Shown: positions 25,635 to 37,859, counted from the first letter of the whole stretch. The stretch is 63,731 nt of DNA, filler included, from Reticulomyxa filosa (GCA_000512085.1; 24 parts of 24 records of this genome joined end to end with filler, not necessarily neighbours in it), one strand, 5' to 3'. Notes: generated by a model not told the origin, from the letters alone. Program-made: numbers and translations.

Positions 25635-26463
25635 ATGGCCGAAGAATCAAATAAACAGAAATTGCCGAATATATTAGTCAGCGGAACACCAGGAGTTGGC
25701 AAAACAACATTTTGTGAAAGCATCGCAGAACAGACAGGGCTGAAACACATGCGTGTTAACGACGTCATTTTAGAAAAAAAATTTCATGAAGGTAAAGATG
25801 AGGAAAGGGACTGTTTGATCGTTGATGAAGACAAGGTTTGTAAGCAAAACTTTCAATATTTATGTATTGTGTTTTTTTCACTTATGTTTCCAATTCATTT
25901 GCTTTTTGTAAAACAAATACAGTTATGTGATTATTTGGAAGATGAATTACAAGGTGGTGGATATGTTGTAGACACTCATTTATGTGGAACTTTTCCACCA
26001 GAATGGTTCGATTTGGTGATTGTTTTGAGATGTGATAATACCGTTCTTTATGACAGATTGCAACAAAGGTATTTGAATCTTTTCAAGAGAGGAAACAAAT
26101 GATACAAACAAAAACCTATTTATTTGTGCTGATAGAGGCTATTCGCAGAGCAAAATTGGAGAAAATGTTGAAGCAGAAATCATGCAAGTTGTGCTTGACG
26201 AAGCTTTGGAAGAATATGGCAATGGGAAAGTCATTGAATTACAAAATGACACAATTGAGCATATGGAAAAAAATATACAAAAATTTGTGGATTGGCTTTC
26301 AAACTGGCAAAAACACCAAAATGACTCTATATTTGACAATGAAAATGACAATGAGCATGAAAATGGGAATACAAATGAACACAAGGATGACAAACACAGT
26401 GACAACCTCAATGAAATGCAACATCCTGATAAAGATGTAGAAATGTTCGTTGAAGTGGATTGA
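25635..26463 (+). CDS. AK6: Adenylate kinase isoenzyme 6 (Fap7/CINAP), complete, three exons
   Basis: PNILVSGTPGVGKTT, DEDK, VDTH, FDLVIVLRCDNTVLYDRL..RGY...KI.ENVEAEIMQV. Exons 25635-25835, 25923-26068 and 26136-26463. Confidence 0.95.
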
Positions 26464-27315
26464 TTTTTGTATTGTTTTTGACCGCTTATGTTGCTTATCA
26501 CCAATTTGTGTTAAAGTAGTTTTTTAAAGTTGTTATTATGTCAAACTCTGTCACTAACATTTGGTCATTTAGTTATCTCAATGGATCTTTTGTTTTTTGT
26601 TGAGATCGAATGGCAAGAACAAATAGTTTTACACCAATTACTGTGTCTTTAAACAAATTTACACACAAAGCGCATTATTGGAAGTATAAAGCAACTTGTC
26701 AGAATTTTTACTGTGCAAATTAAAACCCTTGTATGTGAGAGAAGGGTAAATCGATTAAGGCATCTAAAAAAAAAGGGGGAAAATATAATAGGGGGTTGAA
26801 ATCGTTGCAATGTTCATAATATCAGTGGACCTAAATGTCCTTTTTGTAATGCAAACCACCAGTTGTATGGCTGATTGACACCGAACTGTAAACGGATTGA
26901 TGTTATTGACTTATTTGATTTGCTGCTATAAACAACGGAAGAATAGTTTGCACAACACCTTTTGTTTTAGAACAAAAAAAGAACAGAGGTCATTAATGTG
27001 AACGAGAGTGGCGCTGCCAGAGCTTACATCTCTTTATATGCAAAGAGTGATAATGATACACAAAGAAAAAACCGACTTTGTGCAATCATTCGTAATCCGA
27101 TGTTTCTTAGATATATGCTNNNNNNNNNNNNNNNNNNNNNNNNNNNNNNNNNNNNNNNNNNNNTTAATTAATTAANNNNNNNNNNNNNNNNNNNNNNNNN
27201 NNNNNNNNNNNNNNNNNNNTATATATATATATATATATATGTATATGTATATATGTATATGTAAAAAAATATATAAATGAGCAAGTGATATGAAAAAAAA
27301 AAAAAAAAAAAAAAG

Positions 27316-28287
27316 ATTCGAGTGCCTTATGCAATAGCATTTGATATCAGCTTGGAAGATTATAGAACAGTGTGGTTCGTATCCGATCGTTCGGTGGATA
27401 TAATCTTTGGGATGGACATGCTTTTGATGTTTATCACAGCGATCCCAAATGGTCGCATGTTGATAATAAAAAAAAAAGAAATAGCATGGATTTATGCAAA
27501 AGGATGGTTTATTCCCGACCTTATTGCGACGGTCCCTATCGACTTGCTCGTGATGTTCTGCACCAACTCCAGACAGATAAATTTGGAGCGCTCCGCAAAG
27601 TTGCTACGTATCGCCAAGTCAGCAAGACTGTTCCGCGTGATGCGCTTACTGCGTTTGAAGCGTGTGTTAATTGAGCTGGAGATCTTATTGGGTCTGTCGT
27701 TTAGCATTTTAAACATTGTGAAATTCGCAATGCTAATTATCGCATTGGTGCATTTGCTGGCGTGCGGATATTTGGCCGTCGCCAGAGCCAACGTGAATGA
27801 TTCGTGGATCTACACTCTCAGTCTCACACACAATCTGGAGACCAGAAAGGACGAATATATCGCGGCTCTATATTGGGCATTGCAGACCATGATCACCATT
27901 GGCTACGGCGATGTGCCTCCAGTGAGAATGGAGGAACGTATCTTTGCCATCGTCTGCATGATCATTGGAGGCTTTTTGTTTACGTACGGACTCACACGCA
28001 TTGTCAATCTGGTCAGCACCTTAAACCAAAATGACACGCATTTGATCAGCGTCCTCGACAGCATCAACGACTGGGCACATTATTATAAACTGCCCAACCA
28101 ACTCACTCAAGACATTCGCGCCTATATTTATTTCCAATCTCATCATCGATATGTCGCTGAAAAAGAGGTCTTCAACTCCTTGTCCGACTCCATTAAACGA
28201 AAAGTGCAAGGAATCACCTTTGGTCCGCTCATCCAAAATATTGCTTTCTTTCATGGAGTGTCAGATGCTTTTTTCTCGTTGCGTTAA
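27316..28287 (+). CDS. Cyclic-nucleotide-binding-domain K+ channel (EAG/KCNH/HCN-like), internal exon
   Basis: Arg-rich S4 (RIAKSARLFRVMRLLRLKR), pore YWALQTMITIGYGD, and a C-linker leading to the start of a CNBD. Confidence 0.93.
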   Translation: MRVPYAIAFDISLEDYRTVWFVSDRSVDIIFGMDMLLMFITAIPNGRMLIIKKKEIAWIYAKGWFIPDLIATVPIDLLVMFCTNSRQINLERSAKLLRIAKSARLFRVMRLLRLKRVLIELEILLGLSFSILNIVKFAMLIIALVHLLACGYLAVARANVNDSWIYTLSLTHNLETRKDEYIAALYWALQTMITIGYGDVPPVRMEERIFAIVCMIIGGFLFTYGLTRIVNLVSTLNQNDTHLISVLDSINDWAHYYKLPNQLTQDIRAYIYFQSHHRYVAEKEVFNSLSDSIKRKVQGITFGPLIQNIAFFHGVSDAFFSLR

Positions 28288-28441
28288 CAGACTTATTAAA
28301 AAAAAAAAAATATATATATATATATATATTTTTTTTTTTTTNNNNNNNNNNNNNNNNNNNNNNNNNNNNNNNNNNNNNNNNNNNNTTAATTAATTAANNN
28401 NNNNNNNNNNNNNNNNNNNNNNNNNNNNNNNNNNNNNNNNN

Positions 28442-31400
28442 ATTACATTAGGTTATGAATCGTGTTGGGTCGAAATCAGCTGTCCAGGGCAAAGAAAATC
28501 GATTATGTTTTGTAGTTTTTACAGGAGTTTACATAAAACGAACGTCAAGTATAAATTAAAACCAGAAGATGATGTAGTTCCGACACTCTTGTGTTTTAAT
28601 TTGGATATATTTGAACAAGAAGTTGCAGCTGCAAGAAAAGTCACCGAACTTATTATTATTGGTGGTGATTGGAATGCCCACCACCCAGCCTGGTTGGATG
28701 AAAATATTGACAACATTGGTGAAAATGTTTTGTATTTCATTGTTCAAAATGGACTCCAAATCTTAAATTCCAGTCCATTTAATCATACATTTGAAAAAAA
28801 TAACGGTAAATCATCTATTGATATCTCCCTATGTTCCCATTCTATTTTAAACTTGTGCAGTAATTGGAGAACTGACAACGATGAATTGGACCTAGATTCA
28901 GATCATTTGCCAATTACATTTAGCATCCGTGCCGATTGGTCATCATCAACCATCAAAAAACAAAAAATTGAAACATGGAACCTGAGAAATAATAACTGGG
29001 AATTATTTCGACAGATTCTGAAATATAACTTAGAAAAATGGTATGAATCACTGACTCCATATCTCCCAAATAATCCAGAGTTCCTGGATGCTGCTGTAGA
29101 GTCATGGACAGAGTGTGTTGTAGATGCAGGGAAAAGATCCATTGGAATGAAGACAATTTGGAAAGGTAACAAGCCGTGGTGGAGCGATTCCTTACACAGA
29201 AAGCGTAAACAAGTTCATCGACTCAAGCGCGAATTCCGCCGATGTCGCACTCCATACTTTTACAATAAATATAAAGAGGCTGCTGCTGAACTGAAAAGAA
29301 AACTTAGATGCGAAAAACAAGAGTATTTGGTTCGAAGTATCCAGTCGCTCCAGGAAGGAAACTCGAGACAATTGTTTTCACAATTTAGATCAATGAATTC
29401 AAATAAGATTGGAGTCATTCCTGCTCTTTTTTGTCCCACGACAAATTATGCAGCCAAAACAGATAATGAAAAAGCAGAATTATTGATCTCATGGTTCGCA
29501 CAACCACCACAGCCTCCAAACTTCTCAGACGACACAAAAGAACATTACCAGTCGGTGGAGGACGAAATTGTTTCTGCAGTTGAAATGAAAAGAGAAAGTG
29601 AGATAAATAATTGTGATGAATTTTTGGAACCTCACCAAGAAACGATTACGGAAGTAGAAATCATTGAGGCATTGAGACACATTTCGGCATACAAGGCTCA
29701 AGGTCCTGATAGCATACACAACCAGATGTTAAAAAATGGAGGACAATCAATGATTGACTCCATGTCATTACTTTTTGATTGGAGTTTCAAAATTGGATAT
29801 GTTCCTAAGCTGTGGAAACGTGCCAATATTATTCCAATCCCAAAACCAGACCGTGATCACAGTATGTGCAAAAATTACAGGCCTATCGCTTTGCTATCTA
29901 GTGTTGGCAAATTATTGGAAAGAATTATCACGATGAGGTTGATGTGGTACTTGAATGAGAACCAGTTATTACATCAATGTCAAGCAGGTTTCCAATCCTG
30001 GCACAATACATCGGAGCTATTATTGCGTATAACAGAGTCGATTCATGCTTCGTTTGACAATAATTCAGTTACATATGCAACTTTTCTCGACATTTCATCT
30101 GCCTATGACAGTGTATGGAGAGATGGACTACGATACAAGATGAGAAGAGAGTTTGGACTCAACGGAAGGATGTACTGGTGGTTGGACAGCTTCCTAAAAG
30201 ATAGAGTCGGTCAAGTGGTGCTGAATGGAGTCAGTTCCAATGAAAAAAAATTTGATACAGGTGTTCCACAAGGGTCAGCATTATCACCACTGCTTTTCCT
30301 TTTGTACATCAATGATATCACCCAAACAGTGCAAGATCCAATCCAATGTGGTATGTTTGCAGATGATGTGGCACTATGGACCTCAATTTACACCAGTGAT
30401 CAACAGGAAATGCAAAGGCAATTGAATTTATTGCAGCAGAGCCTGAATAATGTATCTTTGTGGGCATCCAGATGGAAAATGCTTCTGGCTCCAGACAAGA
30501 CACAGTCCATTACCTTTCGAATGAAAAACAAAGCCAAATATCCAAAAATGCAATTAACATTGAATAACATTCCAATCCAAGATACAGAACAAGTAAAGTA
30601 TTTGGGATTGATAATGGACTCCAATCTCACCTATCAACGACATATCAATTATGTATATGGGAAAACAGCCAAGAAACTTGGATATTTGACATTCCTGTGT
30701 TCATATAAAGGAATTCGTCCCAGTTTGTCAGTGTATAACTTGTTATACAAAGCCATAATCAGGCCGTCATTGGAGTACGCGTGTGCATTCTGGAATGGCG
30801 CAGCACAGTCTCACAAATGTCGTCTTGAAAGAATTCAAAGATTGGCGATGTGCAGGATTCTTGGAGTTATGAACAGCACAGCATATGATACAGTAAATAT
30901 GATTACTCAACTTCCCCCATTGGAATTGCGACGACAACAAGAAGAAGTGAAATTATACCACAAATGTATTCGGTGGTCAACCAAATTTCCAAATCATAAC
31001 CTGACTCTAGGTTTCCTCTTGTGGAAAAGAAATCACGACATTCAACCAGGTGAAAAATTCTGTTGGCTTGGAAAATTGTCGACATTATCAAGGGCATATA
31101 TCCATGCAAAAGAAGTTGGAGTTCCAAAAGTGGAGCCAGATCAACACTCATTCCATAACAGACCACCAATGCACGTGGAAAAAATTCCTCATCCTAAAAA
31201 TTCTCCCTTTGAAGAGTGGATGGAGCCAACTCCAGGTCAAATTTTGGAGTCTTTTGATGACAATACAGTGGTAATTTTTGCAGATGGAAGTACCAAACCA
31301 GAACCAGGGATTGGTGGTGCAGGATTGGGAATACAAGATCAATCACTTCCAAATTGGTTGGAATTAGAGTTCCCAATCAAAGGCATTACAACGGCAATTG

Positions 31401-32227
31401 GAAGTGAAATTGAGGCAGTTCGCCAAGGTCTAGAATATATAACGAATAATTATAAAGACACTGGGAAAAGATTGGTAATACTTTCTGATTGTAAATTTGC
31501 TGTGAATACAATTCTCAACAAATTTAATTCAGAGTCATATAATTTTCCTGTCTCAGAGTGCCAACAAATAATGAAAAATCTTGGATCAAGTAATGTACCC
31601 GAAATTTATTGGATAAAAGGACATTCAGGTATTCCAGGAAATGAACGTGCTGATGCAGTGGCAAAAAGGGCAAGATTCAAAGCAGAGTTGAATCAACCAG
31701 ATCTTTTTCGAAGACCAGATAGAACAGCCCCATTCCTCAACTTCCATGATCTGAATCCATCCTTTACAGCAGAATGGAATCGGCATTGGACAAATGAAGG
31801 AAATGAAATGAAACCTCACAAACATGCTAAACGATTTTTACGCAATTTGATAGAGTCCCAATCATTTGAAAAGATTGTGCTCCATAATCTGGATGTACAC
31901 GAACGTAGATTTGTGTGCAGAATAATAACTGGTAAAGTGGGATTGAATGCATTCCTGTTCAAAATTAAAAGGTCCCATACACCATACTGTAAATGGTGTG
32001 AAGGAGAAGAGGAAACTGTGGAACATTTTTTGATGAAATGCCCACACTATGAAGAAATTAGGGATGCATGGCGTGTGGCAGTGAAAACACTGCTACCGCT
32101 TCTTCTATTTACAACATCAAACCTGAGAAGTTTGGTGGTGGGAGACAAGACATGGGAACCTGCAGTGAGAATCAAAATTGTCAAGCAACTTGCAAAGTTT
32201 GTTTTGGCAACAGAGAGGAAAATTTAG
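28442..32227 (+). CDS. LINE ORF2: APE endonuclease, reverse transcriptase, RNase H, CCHC Zn knuckle
   Basis: APE: GDWNAHH, SIDISL, SDHLPI. RT: GPDSI, YRPIALLS, FLDISSAYD, GVPQGSALSP, FADD, KYLG. RNase H: ADGS, EIEA, SDC, WIKGHSGIPGNERAD. Zn knuckle: CKWC...ETVEHFLMKC. The frame is open from the contig start. Confidence 0.97.
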   Translation: MTLGYESCWVEISCPGQRKSIMFCSFYRSLHKTNVKYKLKPEDDVVPTLLCFNLDIFEQEVAAARKVTELIIIGGDWNAHHPAWLDENIDNIGENVLYFIVQNGLQILNSSPFNHTFEKNNGKSSIDISLCSHSILNLCSNWRTDNDELDLDSDHLPITFSIRADWSSSTIKKQKIETWNLRNNNWELFRQILKYNLEKWYESLTPYLPNNPEFLDAAVESWTECVVDAGKRSIGMKTIWKGNKPWWSDSLHRKRKQVHRLKREFRRCRTPYFYNKYKEAAAELKRKLRCEKQEYLVRSIQSLQEGNSRQLFSQFRSMNSNKIGVIPALFCPTTNYAAKTDNEKAELLISWFAQPPQPPNFSDDTKEHYQSVEDEIVSAVEMKRESEINNCDEFLEPHQETITEVEIIEALRHISAYKAQGPDSIHNQMLKNGGQSMIDSMSLLFDWSFKIGYVPKLWKRANIIPIPKPDRDHSMCKNYRPIALLSSVGKLLERIITMRLMWYLNENQLLHQCQAGFQSWHNTSELLLRITESIHASFDNNSVTYATFLDISSAYDSVWRDGLRYKMRREFGLNGRMYWWLDSFLKDRVGQVVLNGVSSNEKKFDTGVPQGSALSPLLFLLYINDITQTVQDPIQCGMFADDVALWTSIYTSDQQEMQRQLNLLQQSLNNVSLWASRWKMLLAPDKTQSITFRMKNKAKYPKMQLTLNNIPIQDTEQVKYLGLIMDSNLTYQRHINYVYGKTAKKLGYLTFLCSYKGIRPSLSVYNLLYKAIIRPSLEYACAFWNGAAQSHKCRLERIQRLAMCRILGVMNSTAYDTVNMITQLPPLELRRQQEEVKLYHKCIRWSTKFPNHNLTLGFLLWKRNHDIQPGEKFCWLGKLSTLSRAYIHAKEVGVPKVEPDQHSFHNRPPMHVEKIPHPKNSPFEEWMEPTPGQILESFDDNTVVIFADGSTKPEPGIGGAGLGIQDQSLPNWLELEFPIKGITTAIGSEIEAVRQGLEYITNNYKDTGKRLVILSDCKFAVNTILNKFNSESYNFPVSECQQIMKNLGSSNVPEIYWIKGHSGIPGNERADAVAKRARFKAELNQPDLFRRPDRTAPFLNFHDLNPSFTAEWNRHWTNEGNEMKPHKHAKRFLRNLIESQSFEKIVLHNLDVHERRFVCRIITGKVGLNAFLFKIKRSHTPYCKWCEGEEETVEHFLMKCPHYEEIRDAWRVAVKTLLPLLLFTTSNLRSLVVGDKTWEPAVRIKIVKQLAKFVLATERKI

Positions 32228-32560
32228 AGCTGATGGTGCATGAAAAATTATGAAGAGTAGAGTTTCATGGATGACTCCAAAATAAAAATTTGGACGCCTT
32301 TGAAATGTTGACAAAATCTTTCAAAATATAAAACATGACACAGACCTCTTGCAATTTTATTGTGATTGTGTGACAACTTGTGACTCTTTTCTTTTTATTT
32401 GTGCTATGACCTTTTGGTCAAGGTACTCTAACTTGCTTTTGTTGCATTTTGGGACAGTTTGGGCGCAAAATCAGTGAGTTGTGAATGACGAAGTAAGGAG
32501 TAGTCAAACACACTCACGCCCACCCAAAATGCAAAGCTTTAAAAAAAAAAAAAAAAAAAA
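28442..32560 (+). mobile_element. Non-LTR retrotransposon (LINE) with RNase H, 5'-truncated by the contig edge
   Basis: Single intronless ORF, ~310-nt 3' UTR, terminal hairpin, and poly(A) at 32541-32560. Confidence 0.97.
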
Positions 32561-32660
32561 NNNNNNNNNNNNNNNNNNNNNNNNNNNNNNNNNNNNNNNN
32601 NNNNTTAATTAATTAANNNNNNNNNNNNNNNNNNNNNNNNNNNNNNNNNNNNNNNNNNNN

Positions 32661-33528
32661 TAAACAATATGACAAAGCTATTGAATACTATGAAAAAGCA
32701 TTGACTACTTTTAAAACAAGTCACAAGGAGATTGCTTTGTTGTACAGTGATTTAGCAAATTCCTATTACAAGAATGATCAGTGGGGTAATGCTATTAAAA
32801 ATTATGAAAATGCATTCAAACATGGATTAAATAATTCCAAGTCAGCACGAGTTAATGTTGCTAACTCATACAATAACTTAGAGGATTTCTTTTATAAGAA
32901 AAATCAATACGATCAAGCTATTGAAAATTACGAAAATGCATTAAAACATGGATTAGATGATGCTAAATCAAATCAAATTAATTTTGCTAACTTATATAAT
33001 AATTTAGGAAATTCCTATTACAATAATAAGCAATATGACAAAGCCATTGAATATTATGAAAAAGAATTGAAGATAACTCTGAACATTTTTGGGACAAATC
33101 ATTCAGATGTTGCCAATTCCTATAATGGTTTAGGAGTTTCCTATTACCGTAATGATCAATATGACAAAGCAATTGAACATCATGAAAAAGCATTGAAGAT
33201 AAGTCTGGATATTTTTGGGACAAATCATTCAAATGTTGCCGATTTCTATCATAATTTAGGACTTTCCTATCACCATAATAAACAACATGACAAAGCAATT
33301 GAACATTATGAAAAAGCATTGAAGATAAGGAAGGAACTATTTGGAGACACAGATAGATCAGTTGGGGATTCCAATTGGAATTTGGGAGTATCATTCCGAA
33401 TCAAAAAAAAAATGAAAATAGCTTTGAATTATTATAAAGAAGCATATAAAATTTACAGTAAGGTATTGGGAGAGTCACACGTAGAAACAATGCAAGCAAA
33501 AATAACGGTCAGGGAGATGGTTGGATGA
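32661..33528 (+). CDS. TPR-repeat protein (kinesin-light-chain/nephrocystin-3-like repeats of ~42 aa), 5'-truncated
   Basis: Repeated VA.SYNNLG.SY....QYDKAIEYYEKALKI...IFG.NH units. Confidence 0.93.
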
Positions 33529-33792
33529 TTAAAATATGATAAAATAAATGAACTATGTTTGTGCTGATTTTTTCTTAAAGTAAGATTATCTTCATCATTT
33601 TGTGTAGTCCCTTACTTAAAAAAAACGAATTAATAATCACTCAAATTTCACTTTTTCTTTTGAGTTTAATNNNNNNNNNNNNNNNNNNNNNNNNNNNNNN
33701 NNNNNNNNNNNNNNTTAATTAATTAANNNNNNNNNNNNNNNNNNNNNNNNNNNNNNNNNNNNNNNNNNNNTTTTTTTTTTTTTTGTTGACAG

Positions 33793-34886
33793 ATCATTAA
33801 ATTGCTGGATGTAATCCCTCCAGAATACAATGAGATCGACACTTTTGCAGACGTGTATGATTTTGTTTTCTGTACACGTGTATACTTATATTTTGATATA
33901 TGTATATATGTAAATGTGTATATGGGTTCGATTGTGAAAACAAAAAAGCTACTTGGTCGTTCCAAAAATGGAAACGAGCCTGAAAGATGTGATCAAGTCG
34001 AAACAACCTTTGACGAACGAACACTATTTGTTCTTCATGTATCAAATAGCACGGGGATTGATGTACATGCACTCTGCGGGAGTGGCCCATCGTGACCTCG
34101 TTTCGTGTGTTTGTGTTTTGAATGTTCATTCAAGAGTTGTTTTTTTTTAAAAAAAAAAAGAGAGGCTCAAATTGGAGTGGTTTATTTGTTTATTAATTAA
34201 TTTTGTTTTGTTTTTAATGTGTTGGATGACACAAAAGAAACCGGAAAATATCTTGGTGAATGGTGGTAATTGCAATGTAAAAATCTGTGACTTTGGGTTA
34301 GCGCGAGATTTGAATGACAATAGTGACCTAACCGAATATGTGGTGACTCGGTGGTATAGAGCGCCAGAGATTATGCTGTCCACCCAAAAATATGATCTCC
34401 AAGTTGACATGTGGGCTCTCGGTTGTATTTTTGCAGAGTTGATATTACGCACTCCATTATTTCCTGGAGATAACCGTTACGTGAAGCTCTGTTTCTTCTC
34501 TCTTTCTTTTTCTATCGGCTTTTTTTTTTTTTTTTTTTTATTTTTAAAAAAAAAAAAAAAAGTAAACAAATGGATGGATCAAATAACTCGAGCAATGGCA
34601 AACAAAATAAAAATCAGATTTCGAGATGCTACTCCTAATATTCTCTGTACTAGGCATTCCTGAAGAGGACGACCGAGAGTGGATCACTAATAAAGAGGCC
34701 ATAGCATGGGTCCAAGGTTTGGAGCTCCAACCGCCCGTTGACTTAAATTGTATGTTTCGAAATGCTGTACCCGAAGCCCGGGATTTGATTCGACAAATGT
34801 TGGCATTGAACCCACGAAAGCGAATCACAGCTGTCGACACCTTGGCCCATCCCTATTTTGTTAAATTGCATAATACAAAGAAGGAG
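33793..34886 (+). CDS. MAP kinase (TEY activation loop), internal fragment, at least four exons
   Basis: [42 protein letters not shown] and PRKRITA..LAHPYF. Confidence 0.96.
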
Positions 34887-35120
34887 GTACGTCTTCCTTT
34901 TCTTCTTCTAGAGTCTCTCTCTTGAGTATTTTTATATGACTCTACTAGTTTTTTTTTTTTTTTTGTCAAAAAAAAAAGAGTTTATTATATCATTCACTTA
35001 ACCGTGTAATAGAAAACATGNNNNNNNNNNNNNNNNNNNNNNNNNNNNNNNNNNNNNNNNNNNNTTAATTAATTAANNNNNNNNNNNNNNNNNNNNNNNN
35101 NNNNNNNNNNNNNNNNNNNN

Positions 35121-35384
35121 AATTTTCATCAAAGATTTAATGAAAAAGGTGCAACATTAACAATTGTACGAGACGAAACCGGTCATGTATTTGGAGGTTT
35201 TACAAATATGAATTGGAGAAGCAGTAGACATATTAGTACTTTAAACGATATAGAAGCGTTCGTATATTTGTTGATAGCTAAAAATCACATTTCACAAAAA
35301 TAGTGTATTAAATCTAGAGAACAGGCTGCAATTTGTAATTATGATGAATATGGTCCATGCTTTGGTATTGCAAAAAAAAAATGA
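35121..35384 (+). pseudogene. TLDc-domain fragment with an in-frame stop
   Basis: FHQRFNEKGATLTIVRDETGHVFGGFT...W...D.EAFVY...YGPCFG. TAG at 35301-35303, and the domain breaks off after GPCFG. Confidence 0.8.
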
Positions 35385-35398
35385 AAAGATTGCTTGTG

Positions 35399-35683
35399 TC
35401 ACCCTTGTCCTCCAAATGACAACAACATGATGTCTTTCTTTTCATCGTTATTGTTGTCCATTTCTTGTGACACTACACAATGACCCCATAGGAATACCTC
35501 TTTAAAATAATCACATATCCATCGGCAATTGTTTTTCGTCGTATGATACGAATAACAACTTCGCTGCTCGTAGCTTCCACAAATCAGTATCTCGTCTTTA
35601 TATATGATACATTGAGTATGTTGGATAGGCCGCGGCAATGCAAATATTGATTCATAACCAAGAGAAGCATTTGCGTTGCCCAT
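35399..35683 (-). pseudogene. Truncated kelch-like beta-propeller gene (N-terminal part only)
   Basis: LPRPIQHTQCIIYKDEILICG...CYSYH...IC...GHCVV...LLSFGG, then an immediate stop. Paralogous to 59743-59975. Confidence 0.7.
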
Positions 35684-36149
35684 TTTGATTGTTGGAAAAT
35701 TAGCTCTGTAATATGTAAACAATCTCATTTTTCTTTTGGCAAAGCCTTTTCTTGGTTTTAACGAATTTTTTTTTTACTTGCAATAAAAATTATTTGCTTG
35801 TGTTATACTGCAATCTAATAACAAAATGTTTGCAGTGAAGCCCAGAAAGTAAACGGACCTTAAGTAGTTTTTTTTGTTAATAAAGCAAATATATACATGT
35901 TGATATTGATATTTGGAAAAAGAAGAATGTTGGATTCAAAGTCAAAAGTAGCTCTATTGCTTGGAGGATCAAGTACATTAAGTGAAAAGCGAATAAATGC
36001 TGCGAACTTGCCATTGTGGCAGCACTGGACACCGAGATTGTTGATGTTGATATTTTTGCTGTCGTCGTTGATAGCGCTGTACCTGTACACGACATCAGTG
36101 AGCAAGTGGATACAAATCCAGTCGACGCAGTTGATGCGCAGCCAAAAGA

Positions 36150-36930
36150 CATGAGTTTTGAAGCGCAAAATGATGGACGACAAAAAGATCACCTTGGCAT
36201 TTGCATCGAGACAGAAGCGTGTCGAAGGTTAAAAAGTATTGGCATATACGTATATATATGTATACATATATATGTTTATATGCATATGATAAAAAAAAAG
36301 TTTCACGAGGAAATGAAAGAAATATCGGACCCGTCATCTCCAAAGTACGCACGAGATGTTGAAGCCGGATTCGTTGTCCTTCGAAGTGAAGAGACAATGG
36401 CTGCGATCGTTTGGAGTGAGCGACGATGAGCACGTGATATCGAATGGAGATTTTGTGTGCATGACAGTGACAGTGGGCGATGTTGCGCACCGAGTACTGA
36501 AAGTGATAGCATGCGGAGACGAAGCAAGGAATGGGCGCAGCGTGAAAGACACGTATCAAGTGCCAGTGTAAATGCGCGACCACGTCGACATTGCGTTTTT
36601 CAATGACCAAACACGGCAAGTTTGTGCAAATGATCACCATCCAAGGCAATGGAAATTATGAAGGGTAAGTATATCCGGAGATGTTGTGGAAGCTTTATCG
36701 CATGGTGGATAGCAATGGCAACATGTATTATACCCATCAACAACAACAAAAGCATTATCAAGTAGTCGCTTCGTTTTTGGAAGAATGATACGACCGACAA
36801 AGATTTGCAAAGTTTTTGGACCGAGTTTGGTGTGAAGAAGATAAAACCAACGTGATGCGCTATCCCGACCGCCATTGGCCAGTCATTAAACACGATTGTA
36901 TGGGACACGGAAGACGATACGTACTTTTAA
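36150..36930 (+). pseudogene. S53 peptidase (TPP1/sedolisin-like) pseudogene, pro-domain and start of the catalytic domain
   Basis: EISDPSSPKY, V.RQWLRSFGV...GDFV, YQVP.*MRDHVD and DLQSFW motifs distributed over different frames with stops. Confidence 0.7.
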
Positions 36931-37859
36931 TTCCTACTTGATCAAATGTCATCATCATAATTCTTTGATATCACTTGGTTTGCGATTTCTTGTGCCTTGG
37001 AATGAAATGCATTGCAATAGTTTCACATTGAAATTGAATTGATTATCTTTCAACTTTTGATGGAACTATTTAATATTGCGATGGGACAATGTATCAAGCA
37101 TAATCTGTAAAGATAGAGTTTTGGAAGTGACAGGCCTACCAACTAATATCATTGGTGTTGATGTAACTACACAAAAAAACAATATGAATAAATTTTTTTT
37201 TAGAGTATTGTGCAATGNNNNNNNNNNNNNNNNNNNNNNNNNNNNNNNNNNNNNNNNNNNNTTAATTAATTAANNNNNNNNNNNNNNNNNNNNNNNNNNN
37301 NNNNNNNNNNNNNNNNNAAAAAATGATCGAACTTTTTTTTTAGATCGACAAAGAGGAATGAAAAATTGAATTGAACTTTCTATTTAATGAATTAAACAAT
37401 TTTAATGAGAATCTTTTTAAAAAAATTCAATTAAATTTCATTTTAGAGTTCCTTTTTTCATTGCAAGCAATCATTGTAGAATAAACCAAATTTAAAAAGC
37501 GATTATGTAGCTGAGGTAATTGGAGAATAGTGGGCAAAAAAAAATTAACTCAAAACAAAATTTCTACTCATTGATTTTCACTTATTCCCAAACACAAATT
37601 GGTCTTTGACTGAACTATAGCATAAATTAACATTACTTTTACTGTTGTTATTGCTTTGCATTGATGAAATAAAATTGAATTGAATAAAGACTTGAATTGT
37701 CTTTGTTAAATATTCAAAAAAAAATTGTTAATATTTTATAAGACAAAAAAAATGACAATATCAATTTTCTGCTCACTTTATAAAGAACAGTAAGGAGAAG
37801 TGAAACTTGAATTTTATTAATTAAAAAAATTACAAATTTTTAATGTTGAATAAATTATG

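Noticed and set aside
28519-32314. Numerous short antisense and alternate-frame ORFs over the LINE and other genes
   Set aside because: Shadow ORFs of real coding sequence with no independent motifs.
32484-32510. SECIS element in the LINE 3' UTR (ATGA...AA)
   Set aside because: No matching 3' GA quartet and no in-frame TGA in the ORF.
35301-35303. In-frame TAG as evidence of stop-codon reassignment
   Set aside because: Intact genes here end normally in TAA, TAG or TGA and have no internal stops, and this fragment is also truncated.
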